A stretch of DNA of 62,822 nt, filler included, from Globobulimina sp. (taxonomy: Eukaryota): NCBI GenBank assembly GCA_003354225.1. It is 37 parts of 37 records of this genome, joined end to end, with 100 filler letters (N's around TTAATTAATTAA, not from the genome) between each part and the next. Parts side by side here need not be neighbours in the genome. Positions count along the whole stretch, not along the records: positions 49,323 to 50,922 come from PIVH01014290.1; positions 51,023 to 52,622 come from PIVH01014291.1; positions 52,723 to 54,322 come from PIVH01014292.1; positions 54,423 to 56,022 come from PIVH01014293.1; positions 56,123 to 57,722 come from PIVH01014294.1; positions 57,823 to 59,422 come from PIVH01014295.1; positions 59,523 to 61,122 come from PIVH01014296.1; positions 61,223 to 62,822 come from PIVH01014297.1; 29 more parts are not named here. One strand, written 5' to 3'. Numbering within the stretch: position 1 is the first letter of the stretch; every line of letters begins with the position of its first letter. The notes beneath the pieces are model-generated. The model was not told the DNA's origin, searched no databases, and saw only the letters and a program-made list of their open reading frames with translations. This document shows positions 49,323-62,017 of this stretch, piece after piece. The position numbers were made by a program, and so were the translations under genes.

Positions 49323-50922
49323 CCCGGCCGTGGATACACTATCCGTGGCACTCAAATTGGGTTTATTCGCAGATCCGTTGCCAGAAAAGGACGTAAACGG
49401 TCCCTGCGAGTCGATTGGCTGCAATATCTGTCTGTTATCGTTCACTAAGGTTTGCCGTGGCGATTTCTTGAAAACAACTTGAAAATGCTGATGCTTTAAG
49501 ATCTGCACAGCTTTGGAGGCCGTCGCATTGTCCTCGAAAATAGCCTCAACCTTTTTATTATCGCCTTGCAACTCATGATTCATCACCAAGTGTGGTATTA
49601 TTTTGATTGGTGAAAATGGACCAAAACACAGTTTTGTTTGCTCATTGCTCATGTTTGTGGGTACATAAAATTCAATGATTCTGGAATAGAGACAACGAGG
49701 CGACATTAACTCGCCAGCACCGCCGGGTTCATCCATCAATGACTCATCCTCGACAATCAGATTATGGCTGATATCAATCTCTGAGTCGATGGATAGCGTC
49801 GAAAAGCGGGGCTTATTGTGTCCATTTGAAATTATATTATTATTATTTCCAAATTTGCTCACAGTTAATATCATATCCGCCGCTTCGAACTCATCCGTGG
49901 TAGTCTCGTCCGGCGCAGCTTCCATCCCCACGATGATCTCATTGTCGCTCTCAGCGGATCGCATATTCAATAATTGCAATTTACGCTCATTTATATCCAC
50001 ACTGTTGGTATGCGCCGCATTTTTAGCATAGGCATCGTGGCCATGACGCCGTCTCTCTTTCGGTTCAGGCGATTCTTCCTCGGTTTGCGTGACGGCATTG
50101 TTGTATACTTCATAGTCGTCCAATACTTCCATATCTTCATCGTCAGAATAACTGCGTTTTTTATTTTTGTTTAGTTTGTTCCTTCGCCTCTGCCGATTGT
50201 GGGTATTGGGTGAGGGCAAATCGACGGTTTTATGCGTCGTTTGTAGGGCATTTGAAGACAATGTGTCCTGGTCCTTTAACAATAATTTATCGGTGTATTT
50301 ATTATTGTTATTCTTGTTTTTATTATTATTAATAGTGAGGGAAAGCGGTGATGGCTGCTGATACTTGTCAAGATTTATGATGTTTGAGGCAGAGATTGTG
50401 GTGGAAAGCGAGGCTGCCGTCGGTGTGCCAATATTAATATAGCTGCGATATTCGTGCTTGCGGATTTGCTTAGAAGTCAAAGGCGGTGAGTTTTGGAAAT
50501 TGCTGGGTGGCGAAGTGCGGATTTGCTTCATTTGCAAGCCTTTTTTATTCTTTTTCTTCTTCTTCTTGTTATTTTCATCGATAATGGCCTGGGAATGGTG
50601 CGCTTTGTTGCTATGATTGTGGTTGTGGTGGTTTTGATGCTCGCGATATGTATTTGGATATTCACCATTCGAGTCTGGCGAATCTAAATCGTCATTCTGA
50701 TTGGCGGAATATTTGCGTTTTCTTTTTGTGATGGGGCTGGAATGCGAATGCACGGAATTCGATGGAGAATACCATTGGTCGCGATGTTGATGTCCGCCAT
50801 GATGATGGTTCTGGTTATTGCCATTCTTGCGATTTTTTTTATGTTTATTTTTGCCTTTCTTTGGTTTATGCGAGTGATGATTGCCTGCTTTATCTGCTCC
50901 GGAATCGCCAGAATACGCAGCA
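49323..50922 (-). CDS. Low-complexity protein with a possible RRM-like domain, fragment
   Basis: Long open frame; RIIEFYVP.....E.....F.PF..I..VEAIFED...A..AV..L has an RRM-like beta-alpha pattern. Confidence 0.55.
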
Positions 50923-51232
50923 NNNNNNNNNNNNNNNNNNNNNNNNNNNNNNNNNNNNNNNNNNNNTTAATTAATTAANNNNNNNNNNNNNNNNNNNNNN
51001 NNNNNNNNNNNNNNNNNNNNNNCGACATACATACTTTATTTTTCTTGCTTTGAAATAATAAATGAAATTAGGAAATCTATATTGATGATTTTTAAATTGC
51101 TAAATAAATAAAACTAGAAAACGTTGCGGTTTTTGGATGACCAGCTTACTTCGTGAAGCAGTGATTCTCGGGGTTGTTCAATATACATTTATACGGACAA
51201 ACAGCCAGCCCACAATAAGTTTCTTTATACTT

Positions 51233-52060
51233 TTACCATCCTTCATGTGAATACACTTGGAATACAATAAACAATGCATCACATTTTGCAATTAATCCGC
51301 TGTGCATGATATCTTGATCAATTTCTGCAAATATTGCCCAATATGTGTCCCATTCTCGATATTTATCACGAAAAGTCCTGTTAACATCCATTATGTACCA
51401 TTTTTTTATCATGTTTTGCATACATAACATATCATTCACAGCCATAATTTTTGCACCATCTTCATCAAAATCTTTATCGTAATATTTTTCTTTTTTAGTC
51501 TCGATATGGAATAAATTACAAATTCTTTGTTTATTTTGGTTAAATACTCTCGAAGAGCACTCAAATAAATCATCGATACCATTCCAATCAAAGTATTGCA
51601 CACTGATTGAACCCACATCCATCCGTTCGCCAGTTTTCCTATGCATTTTAAAATCATTTCCCTCACATTTACCTGGTTCATGGATTTCGCATATTTTTAA
51701 TTCATTAAATTCATAATCAATCCGATCAAATGTATCCTCATCAATCGATAGACATAATTTCGGAATAAATTCCTTTGGATCTGAAGAATATTTAAAATTA
51801 ACAGGAATTAATGTATATTTTGTATATGAATTGCCCTCTCCTTGTAAAATTACAAAGTTTTCTTCCACTGCCGTTTCATTGAAACCATACAAATTTTGTC
51901 TTGTTTTCCAGTCTTGCAAGTATGGCAAAAATAAATGTTTTGCTGTGATTTTATCTACTTGTGATATATCACTTTTATAAAATGCTACAATCGTTCCAAA
52001 ATCCAAATATTGCAATAACTTGAAACACAGCCCATGGGTTGAAAAAAAAGAAGTTGCCAT
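51233..52060 (-). CDS. Uncharacterised protein
   Basis: 275-codon ORF from the first ATG (MATSFF). Confidence 0.65.
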   Translation of the reverse strand: MATSFFSTHGLCFKLLQYLDFGTIVAFYKSDISQVDKITAKHLFLPYLQDWKTRQNLYGFNETAVEENFVILQGEGNSYTKYTLIPVNFKYSSDPKEFIPKLCLSIDEDTFDRIDYEFNELKICEIHEPGKCEGNDFKMHRKTGERMDVGSISVQYFDWNGIDDLFECSSRVFNQNKQRICNLFHIETKKEKYYDKDFDEDGAKIMAVNDMLCMQNMIKKWYIMDVNRTFRDKYREWDTYWAIFAEIDQDIMHSGLIAKCDALFIVFQVYSHEGW

Positions 52061-52101
52061 GTTTTTGAACTTAATTTGGAAAATAACAAATAATAACAAC
52101 A

Positions 52102-52622
52102 ATGTCAGCATTTAACAAATTATATAGCTGTTTACTATTATCTTTATCAATAATATCAACCATATGCCACGTTTGCATGTCTATTGTTTATTATGAAGAT
52201 GATGATGAATACATATTTGGCATACTATCATTCTGCATTATTGCTATTTATTATGTTTTATGCACTATTGCATATTACCAATGGTTTGAGGTTCATCATT
52301 TCGCAATATTATTATTAATATCACTGCCAATAATATCACCGATATATGCGTACATTCAACACAAATATATACATTACAAGAAAATAAGAGTAATAATCTC
52401 TGACAACTTAATGAAATACAGATTGAACACAATGTTCGAATGTACTGGTTTTATCATTCAATGTCTTTCGCAAACACTGCCTCATTGTATTCTAATTGTA
52501 ATCAAAATTAATATTTCTAATCATTTCTCAGTCCAAGAACTTATGTTAATAATAACATATATTTTATATTTCTGTTTTATAATAATACCGGTTTTGTATT
52601 CTATCAATACAACTTGTTGTTT
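52102..52622 (+). CDS. Multi-pass membrane protein, weakly XK-like; 3' truncated
   Basis: Several hydrophobic helices; QTLPHCIL resembles the XK E..PQ..L segment. Confidence 0.5.
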
Positions 52623-52722
52623 NNNNNNNNNNNNNNNNNNNNNNNNNNNNNNNNNNNNNNNNNNNNTTAATTAATTAANNNNNNNNNNNNNNNNNNNNNN
52701 NNNNNNNNNNNNNNNNNNNNNN

Positions 52723-54322
52723 GTAATGGTATCTATATTACGCCCATTAACTAATATTTCACCATTTTGTGCATCGTAAAACCTATACAACAACTTCAAA
52801 ATAGTTGATTTTCCAGAACCAGAACCGCCAACAATTGCAATTTTACTCCCTTCCTCAATATAAAATGAACATTCATTTAAAATATTTCTGCCATCATATA
52901 CCTCCAAATCATCATTGAGATCATATCCAAATGAAACATTTCTGAATGCAATGCTCGGCCCATTGTCAAATATTAAAGGCTGTGGATTCTTGGCTGGATT
53001 GTCAATGACATTAGATTTTGTGTGGGTTATTTTCATCATAGTTTCCAAATCAGTCAATGCTAATTATACTTCACGGTACACAGAACCAATGAAATTCAAA
53101 GGGACACTCAACTGAAACAACAATGTATTCACTAACACCAAGTCACCGACACTCATCGTACCACATGTGATGCCCTGACATGCCAAATATAGCATAAATG
53201 CCAAGCCCGTGGTAAATATTATATTTTGCCCAGTATTTAATAGACTCAATGTAGTCTGCACTTTAATGGCGGACTGCGAATATTTATTTTGAATCTTTCC
53301 ATATTTTGATAACTCAAACTCTTCGTTGTTGAAATATTTGATTGTTTCATAGTTTATCAATGAATCAATAACATGTGCTGCCGATTCATTGTCCAGTTTA
53401 TTCATATTTTGTCTGTAAAATAATATCATGTTTTCAATGTATAAACATTGTGTGAATGATAAAAAGTAAACGTGCCTTAATTTTGTACGATACTGCGTTA
53501 TGCTGACACTCCATAACACGTATAATCCGACAGTGGTTACGGTGCAGGCTAAGAATGATTTGTCCTCAAAGTGATAGCCTAAGATACCACAAACTAACGC
53601 TACTTCAACAATGGTGGGGACCACGTTAATAAGTGTGGTGTTGCAGATGTATGTAATAGCTCTAACGCCACGATCCATTGCCTGTGAGTTTGTGACATGC
53701 AATCATTGACAGTGTATTTGCTGGCAGATAGGAGACAGTTTGGCTTCAATTGGAAACATTTAAAAACAATTGAATCTGACAAGCACTGTTCATAATATAT
53801 TATGTTCAAACATACCTTGGATAACAATCCAGTTTGTCGATTGATATGAAATTCCAAATCCAAAGAATGCAAATGCGCGAACAACTGCTGTGCCATTGTT
53901 TTAGTTCCATTCAGTGTAACATGCGAGAACACTGCACCTTGCGCTTCACGAAAAACAGAGGCCAATCCACGAGAAACGCCATAGCCACAAACTAAGTATA
54001 TCGGAATGGCTGTGCTTGCATCCATAGTTGACATGGTATCAATGATTGCTTTGTACCAAAATGGAATAGAAACCACCACCACTTTTGAACTGACCATTAA
54101 ACCAATTGCTAATAAAGAACGTCTGCGCAACTCACTGGTGTTTGGCCATGCATGTTTGACTAAAATACGTAGTATGTCAGCATGGGATATTGCATTGTTA
54201 TGCAGCTTTGATAGAGTTGATATCGATGCTGTATTCGATGAGTGTACATGTGACTGTTGTTTGTTGTTTCCATTTGGATCGTTTCCATTCGTGTCTGTTA
54301 TATCACGGTTTGGGTGACAGGG
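52723..54322 (-). CDS. ATM1: Mitochondrial ABC half-transporter ATM1/ABCB7 with one in-frame TAA; introns 53682-53815 and 53413-53475
   Basis: [55 protein letters not shown] and Walker [10 protein letters not shown]. Confidence 0.92.
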
Positions 54323-54422
54323 NNNNNNNNNNNNNNNNNNNNNNNNNNNNNNNNNNNNNNNNNNNNTTAATTAATTAANNNNNNNNNNNNNNNNNNNNNN
54401 NNNNNNNNNNNNNNNNNNNNNN

Positions 54423-56022
54423 TTCTATTTGATTCAGGCTGTCATCGCTGTTACATTGCTGAAAAAACGGCCAAAAGATTGAAACTCAAAATGGGAAAAA
54501 TCAGCACAATTTCGGTGCTCACTTTTGGCACTGACAAACCACAGATCATTCAAGCACCAGAAACTTCCTTGATCATCGAATTGCAAGGTAACACAACAAT
54601 GCAAATTACTGCACATGTCGTACCAACAATTTCGGGTAAAATCCATCGTTTCCCAGTCAAATTTGAACTGGAAAAATCGTTCAAAATCCCCCCGGCACAG
54701 TGGGCTGATTTACCCCCAACCGAATGTGAAACATCTGATATAGATCTACTTATTGGCAGTGATTATTACCTTGATTTCTTGTTAAATTGTGAAAGGAAGG
54801 TATATGGTCAACCTGGTTTGTATCTTATGAACACCAAACTGGGTTATATTTTGGCCGGTCGTGTAAAGGATGACACAATATGTAAAGAAGATACCGAGCC
54901 ACCTGTGGAAGGAGTTTTTCTACACACAAGCGAGGATCCACAAAGGTACTTCAATCGAGATTTCACACGCGACGTCAAGTATGGAAATCAGAGAAATAAA
55001 GAAGCTGATTTACGGCGAGAATTGTCTGAGAGTAATACATCTATTCATGAAAATCAACTTCTCGCTGTGGAGGGTCCTGTTGCACAGGAATCACTAAAGA
55101 AGACAACAGGACATGATTATGTTTCCCCCCTCGATCTGACACTGGAGAATCATACGGAACAGAGAACAGAAGAGAATTTCAATACCGGCGGTTCCTTGTT
55201 ATTCCACAACAAGAGCAATTTTGATGCATCAATTGCTCACAATTATTTCTCTGTACAAAGGATTCGACCCAGTTATGGATTGGTGGAAAGAAATATTATT
55301 TTGTTCTGTGCTCTTTTATTATGGTCTATTCAACCTGCATTTGGTTTACCAATTATTATTATTTCTGGAATTATTTTGCCATTATTCACTGATTCTGTCG
55401 TGTATTCCCACAATACTGATCATTCTGGCTGTGCAATTAAACATTCTGCTCAATTTCCGGATGAAAATTGCAATTATTCTGGTGGGACACAAGATTAGTA
55501 AGTTTGGTGTTTAGATAAATTTAATTCACTTTTTTTGGTTCATATATGGCAACTCACACATTTACATTATTACAATACTGTACATACCATACATTAACAT
55601 TCATTTTCTTTCAGCAATTAGGTAGTTATTGATGTTATTATTATTTTGCATTTGTATTTACTTTTTCTGTCGGGAGTGTCGCGATTAGCGCGAATTATAT
55701 TATTATTTGTTAGACAATATTGAGTTATTAATATTTAATTTAGTTAGAATGCATAAATAGGAACATTTTGTATATTTACTTTGCTTATTTTAGTAGTATT
55801 TGAGCTATTATTTAGTTATTTCAATGCATTTATTATTTTGTCAATTAGAATTTATTTTCAATTCCACAGTAATCTGTTTAGCTTATATTTGTAGCAATTT
55901 GTAATGATTATTTAGTATTTCTTGCGTTATGGCGTGTATTTTGGCCGTCTTTTAGGTTAATTTCCTCAGTATCCGGCGTTTCCTGAGTTCCTGCCATTAT
56001 TTATAGGTCTGGAAACACATAT
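54423..56022 (+). mobile_element. Bel/Pao LTR retrotransposon remnant (post-protease region) with putative PPT and 3' LTR start
   Basis: ISVLTFG, VP.I, IDLLIGSDYY and TKLGYILAG (DUF1758-type region); GGGAG at 55672-55676 immediately before TGTCGCG. Confidence 0.7.
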
Positions 56023-56427
56023 NNNNNNNNNNNNNNNNNNNNNNNNNNNNNNNNNNNNNNNNNNNNTTAATTAATTAANNNNNNNNNNNNNNNNNNNNNN
56101 NNNNNNNNNNNNNNNNNNNNNNCTGCTCTCTGTAATTAGGAGTAATGCACGCATTAAATGCGAAATGATGAGCAGAAATGAGTTTGGCCTGCTTGACAAA
56201 TGGAGCTAACGCGCAGAGTGTTTTAATGGTTTGCGTTGTTGCTCATGTCATCGTCATCCCATGCTCAACTCCTCCTTACAATTAAATCTGTTGTTTTGAT
56301 AGAGTTTTATTTATTTAATCAGCGCCCGCAGTTCTCAGCAGTTTCATTCACCACATTTAAATATAATATGTCACCACATGTGCCAGAGAGTGTGCATGAT
56401 AAATCAGTTCACCATATAGTTTGTTTA

Positions 56428-57033
56428 TAAGGTTTTACTGGCTTATATGGATTTATTTAATGTGAAAAAGTATGCTCTTTGCAGCTCATTGTTGCTCATC
56501 AGTGCTCATAAAATGGGCGCATTCACTCCTAACCTAATTACAAGCAAACAAATATTTAATCGGCGCACATATGCTATACTACAGATCATTCAAAGAACAT
56601 TACAGCGATGGTGTACATGATCTTAAGGCAGCATGCCTTAAGGCTTACTCAAAAGTTCTCCTGCTGCGGAAAACCCCTATAGCCTTGTTATATGGTTTTA
56701 CTGGTTTATATGGATTAATTTAATGAGAAAAAGTATGCTCATTGCTGCTCATCAGTGCTCATAAAATGAGCACATTCACTCCTAATTACAAACAAACAAA
56801 TATTGAATCGGCGCACATATGCTATACTACAGATCATTCAAAGAACATTACAACGATGGTGTACATGATCTTAAGGCTGCATGCCTTAAGGCTTACTCAA
56901 AAGTTTTCCAGCTGCGGAAAATCCCTATAGCATTGTTATAAGGTTTTACTGGTTTATATGTATTAATTTAATGAGAAAAAGTATGCTCATTGCCACTCAT
57001 TATTGCTCACATTCAATGTGCGCATTCACTCCT
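56428..57033. repeat. Tandem repeat of ~250-260-bp units (about 2.4 copies)
   Basis: Units begin TA(A/T)GGTTTTACTGG at about 56428, 56691 and 56939; the first two are nearly identical. Confidence 0.92.
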
Positions 57034-57822
57034 GAATGATAACTACACTTATGAATACAAATCCTCAATCAGCGCCCAGGGCGCAAGTGGATTGGAAGAA
57101 AATGACTGTTGCAGTGCAGTGACTCCGCTCCGCCTAAAAATATGTATGTAAAAGTTATACTTTAATCTATGTTCATTGGTTAGTCTGTTCTCAGCTGTCT
57201 GTCTCTCATGTATCATGACAACTTAAAACTGTGGATAATTTGAGGTTTTTATACTTTTATTTCATTTTTTTTTGATTAATTGCATTTTAATAATACACAT
57301 ACAGTACAGTACTAATAAACATACAAGAATACGAAATTACAACAATTGTGCTCTTGTTACTGTACAAACAGTGCTTGATGTTATATAGGGATTATGTGCA
57401 CGAATATAAGATGTACAATGCGCTACATGTGAACAATATAATGTGATGTGAAGGTTAGATAACTAATAAATAAATGGAGATATACATGATTAACAGTACA
57501 TATGAAGGTGAGATAGCGATTGCATAATTGTAAAGTTAAGTATCATCTTTATTAAGATGTTTTTCAATAGCATCTGTATGTTCTGAAAGCATGCCTTTAA
57601 TTGCAACAATGCGCTGTGTCCACGCTTTCTTGAATGCTTCATCTTTGGTGTAACCTTCACCAGAATTGATGTACTTTTCAGCCGTTTGTTGTATTTTATC
57701 GCAAAGTTCGTTTTCATGCTCCNNNNNNNNNNNNNNNNNNNNNNNNNNNNNNNNNNNNNNNNNNNNTTAATTAATTAANNNNNNNNNNNNNNNNNNNNNN
57801 NNNNNNNNNNNNNNNNNNNNNN

Positions 57823-59395
57823 CATAGCCAAGGAATGCAAACACACTTTCAACCATAATTTCATGTCCATTATGGATATGAGTGTCTAATATATGATGGT
57901 AATCTTTGTCCACAATGTCAATATCCACAGTCAAACATTCACCAAATTCTTGTCTCTGAGCATGTCGCTTCAATTCATTCATTATCATTCGATGTAATTT
58001 CGCACCGAAAGCTGGTTTGATTTTGGTGTGTTTCTCCACTAATTTTGCCCATTCAGCACGTGGTAATTGCACAAACTTTTGCATATTATTTATATCCGCA
58101 TTGCCATCCACCATTTGAGCCAATAATTGCACAGCATTTTGGTCAATGTATTTTGCCGATTTTGCAGACTCAATAACTACGCGTTTGAGAACATCATTAT
58201 TCACAAATGTTGCCATATCAACTTTTGCTGTGTTGCCGCTAGTTTGCCGGCCTACATTCTGTAGCCATCGTTTATAAATTATCAAATATTTCGCCAATCT
58301 CAATATGGACGGACATGGTTTGTTGTCCTTACTGTCAATATTTGCACATTTTAAATCGAAGGAGACATTTTTTTGTGCAATCGCAGTTTGAATAAATTGG
58401 TCAATGTCCTTGGCCTCATTTTCGTGAATTGATTGCATTGCAACATTATTAGGCATAGCCATAGTATACGTATCGCGTCCTTTGAGCTGAAGAATGATGG
58501 AATCCATTTGTTGAATGCCACATAAGCTGCAAATGGAGACTTTTGTAGTCATTCTGCTCCCAATCATTTGAATATGATTAAAGTTTCCACACTGACTACA
58601 CACCCAATTTCTATGCTTATTCACTGGACTTAGTCTCGAATACGTATACGTTGATGATAATATATTATATTTTGTGTCGTAATAATCATTGTGCTTCGCC
58701 ATGAAACACTGTGCGATCGATTCATAGATCTTTTCTTTATTTTGGACAATTAAGTCATGCACCAAATTGACGATTGTGTCGCTAAAATGTGCGACAGTTT
58801 GCCCATTTTTTATTTTATAGTGTAATTCTTCAACGTCAAATTGAGGAATAATCTGATTTTTAAAATCAGGAATGAATAAGGCCAATGATTTAATATTTGC
58901 TATATTTTGTATAATTTGCTGTTGTGTAAATGTGTTGTTTCTAAATAAAACAGAATGAATTTGATAAATATCTTCTTTATCCCAACCGGTAACCTTTTCC
59001 ATCCAACGTTTATTTTGTTGGTAATATTGAATATATTTCTGGCCATTTATAGTATCATTACTGTCATTGATCCGATTTAAGAGACTATTTAAAGGATAAT
59101 TATATAAAATGTAAGCAATTTCTTCTGCGGTTTTGGTTTCGAGACTTTTATTATTTTTCCATTTATGCAAATCATGAAACATAATATTGAATGTCTTATA
59201 TGTCATAAATGTCAATAATTCGGTTTCTAACATACGTTTTACATTTTTTAATGGCTGTTCGCTAATTAATTTGCCAGATAATGAATGCTGAGATAATATT
59301 TGTATTGTTTTTGAAAGATATTTTTTATACTTTATATCATTATAAACCCACAATTTTATCGTATTGCAAATATCATTATTACTAAATTGATGCAA
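57823..59395 (-). CDS. Large uncharacterised protein with RanBP2-like zinc finger, fragment
   Basis: WVCSQCGNFN...CSLCG; CPSILRL...L..Y and DYHHIL..H motifs. Confidence 0.7.
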
Positions 59396-59610
59396 TGGTA
59401 AACATTTTATTTTGTTGATTTTNNNNNNNNNNNNNNNNNNNNNNNNNNNNNNNNNNNNNNNNNNNNTTAATTAATTAANNNNNNNNNNNNNNNNNNNNNN
59501 NNNNNNNNNNNNNNNNNNNNNNAAGCAAACATCAAATTTAATTTATTTTGTTCTGTACGTCTTGACAAGTCGAAATTTTTTGGTAATACATATAAAGAGT
59601 ACTTGTGAAC

Positions 59611-60524
59611 ATGGCAGATGATAACAAAGTGAATGACAACAAAGCCAATGACATGCAACATGATACAGAATGGATATTAGCATTTCGTCAAACGTTCTGT
59701 ACCAAATCATCACACAACAAAGGATGGACAAAAGGTGTACTATCATTAAATACAGACGATCCATCAGCAGCAAATTATTCCATATTATATAAACTAGAAA
59801 AATTTCGCAATGCATATGACAATAAATTTGAATTTAAATTATTTTGGCCCAATAATGCAGACAAAGCATGTCAACATTGGAAGCAAACATCAAATCCAGC
59901 TGATAAATCAATAAAAGGTGTAACCGGTTATGAAGCAGTCAAAATCAATCATACTGCAAATGCATGGGGAGGATTAGAATGGACTGCTAATAAAGGAACT
60001 AATGCCTGTCTGATTAGTGGAAGCGCCAATCATCCGTCTTATTGGTATTATGCTTTGGGAACGTATAATGTGTGGGGTGCTAATGGTGGAATGCCTGGGC
60101 CTGATTGTGAAGTGGATAAGGTAGTGATATATATGGATTATATGCATATATACTGATATCATTACTTTTGAAGGTTCATAATATATATAAGGTTGAATTA
60201 TGGGTAAAAGCAATGGTTCTGTCAAGTAAATCTGTAAAGGCATTGGAAGAGAAATATGATAAATTACGTAAAAATAATATTGATGAGAGCAAATATATGA
60301 AATGGGGATATGAAGAAATTACAGATTGGATTGTTAGTTTAGATGGTGCATATCGAGGATTTGAAGATGTTTTGAAACAGAATTTGAAATCAGAAGATGT
60401 AAAAGGCAGTCATTTGGAAGAATTGGACAAAGGGGATTTACACAGATTTGGTGTGCTTTTGATGAAGGATAAATTGGCCATATTACATCATATAAAGAGA
60501 TTGGGCTCATATACCAGCATATGA
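59611..60524 (+). CDS. Fibrinogen-C-like domain plus SAM domain protein; intron 60121-60191
   Basis: W...FRQ, YSIL..LE.FR, WKQTSNP, WGGL, spliced VDK/VELWVK, then SAM-like W..EEI.DWI..V.G..L..L...DL...GV....D...IL..I. Confidence 0.65.
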
Positions 60525-60828
60525 GGATAGAAAACCTAAAATAACTTCACAATCCTCAAAAACTTTTTTTTTTAATTACCCATCACAATCCTCCGGCAAT
60601 TAACAGCAGCAAAAGCATTGCCTCGCAGTAAACACGATGACTCATCGTCTATTCAGTTAAAACAGCAGACACTTATTTAAGTGCATGAAGCAAAGCAAAC
60701 ATACCTCATCATACAAACATACAATTCAATCATACACAGTCCCATTACTATGGTTCTTATCAATCCATATGCCAACAATCAATGGTACCTACATTCGCAC
60801 CCAAAAAAAAATAATTCGCAACATATAA

Positions 60829-61122
60829 ATGAAAACAGGTAATTATAAAACTTGCGCAGAGATTCCAGATCATACAATCGGAGCATGTCACGTCCAGGCC
60901 GACGGTGGCATATGTTGTGGTTGTGTACCTCGAGTAGACTCAGCAGAGTGTGAAGGTAGTTGTTTCTCGGTTTCATGCGTTACGTGGGGTCCTACATCAT
61001 TTGAACCAACAGTAACACCAACATCAAATACAAATAACCCATCTACAAATCCCACAAAGATACCCACCGCAACCCCGACACAGATACCGACCACAAATCC
61101 ATCCACAAATCCAACCCAATCT
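60829..61122 (+). CDS. Cys-rich surface protein with PT-repeat stalk, fragment
   Basis: Cys cluster followed by PTxxPT repeats to the contig end. Confidence 0.65.
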
Positions 61123-62017
61123 NNNNNNNNNNNNNNNNNNNNNNNNNNNNNNNNNNNNNNNNNNNNTTAATTAATTAANNNNNNNNNNNNNNNNNNNNNN
61201 NNNNNNNNNNNNNNNNNNNNNNGCTTCAAAGAGTTCAATATGTTTTAAAGTGACGCGCTCGAAATATATTTTAAATGAATAAATAAATAAGCTCCTAAAA
61301 TTTGAGTACATTTGACCAAATGACTATATCATATAATGATAACTGAATGGGTCTGAGCATCTGACTAAATGCAAAAAGCCCAGAAAAGTTTTGTTTTTGT
61401 TATTTTGTATATTATTTTATTTTTTTTATTTTGTTATATAATTGTTATCTCAACAATTATTAATATACAAACAATGCATTGCTTTTTAAATCGACAAGCC
61501 CTATATTTTTTGCATATTTTCTTTCTTACATTCTATTCTTTTTTTTATTTATTTAATAACGACAACCAAGAGAGGAAGGATGTGAATTGTTTTCTATTTA
61601 TTGTATTTAGAAACAAAACATATTATATTTATTTAGTTTTTTTTTATTATTATTATTTTTTTTGATTTGTTGCGACTGTGAATATATATTTTTTTTACAA
61701 TTTTATTGGTTTTTTGTTATATGTCTTTTGTTTTATATTTTGCAAGAGTTTCTGCACCAATTAAAATAATTTGTGTTAAGGAAACATTCTTCAATTAAAA
61801 ACGATATTACAACATATTTATTCGGGTTTGATGGGTTGTCGCTTATTTTTCCATGCAAGTAATTGCCATAAATGCTTAGAATTTGATGCTGAAGTATTGC
61901 CTCTTAGAAAATAGTTAGTTAGCGCTAGTCAAATCAAAAAAGTGTTTATAGTCAACAATGAGCAAGAGGAGATTTTCAAGATTTATTTAAATGTCATTGT
62001 GATGGTTTGTCCTTTGA

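Noticed and set aside
53064-53066. Ciliate-type TAA=Gln genetic code
   Set aside because: The stop aligns with Lys/Arg rather than Gln, and TAA terminates several intact genes in the window.
61369-61665. 98-aa Phe/Tyr-rich ORF
   Set aside because: By-product of T-rich low-complexity DNA.
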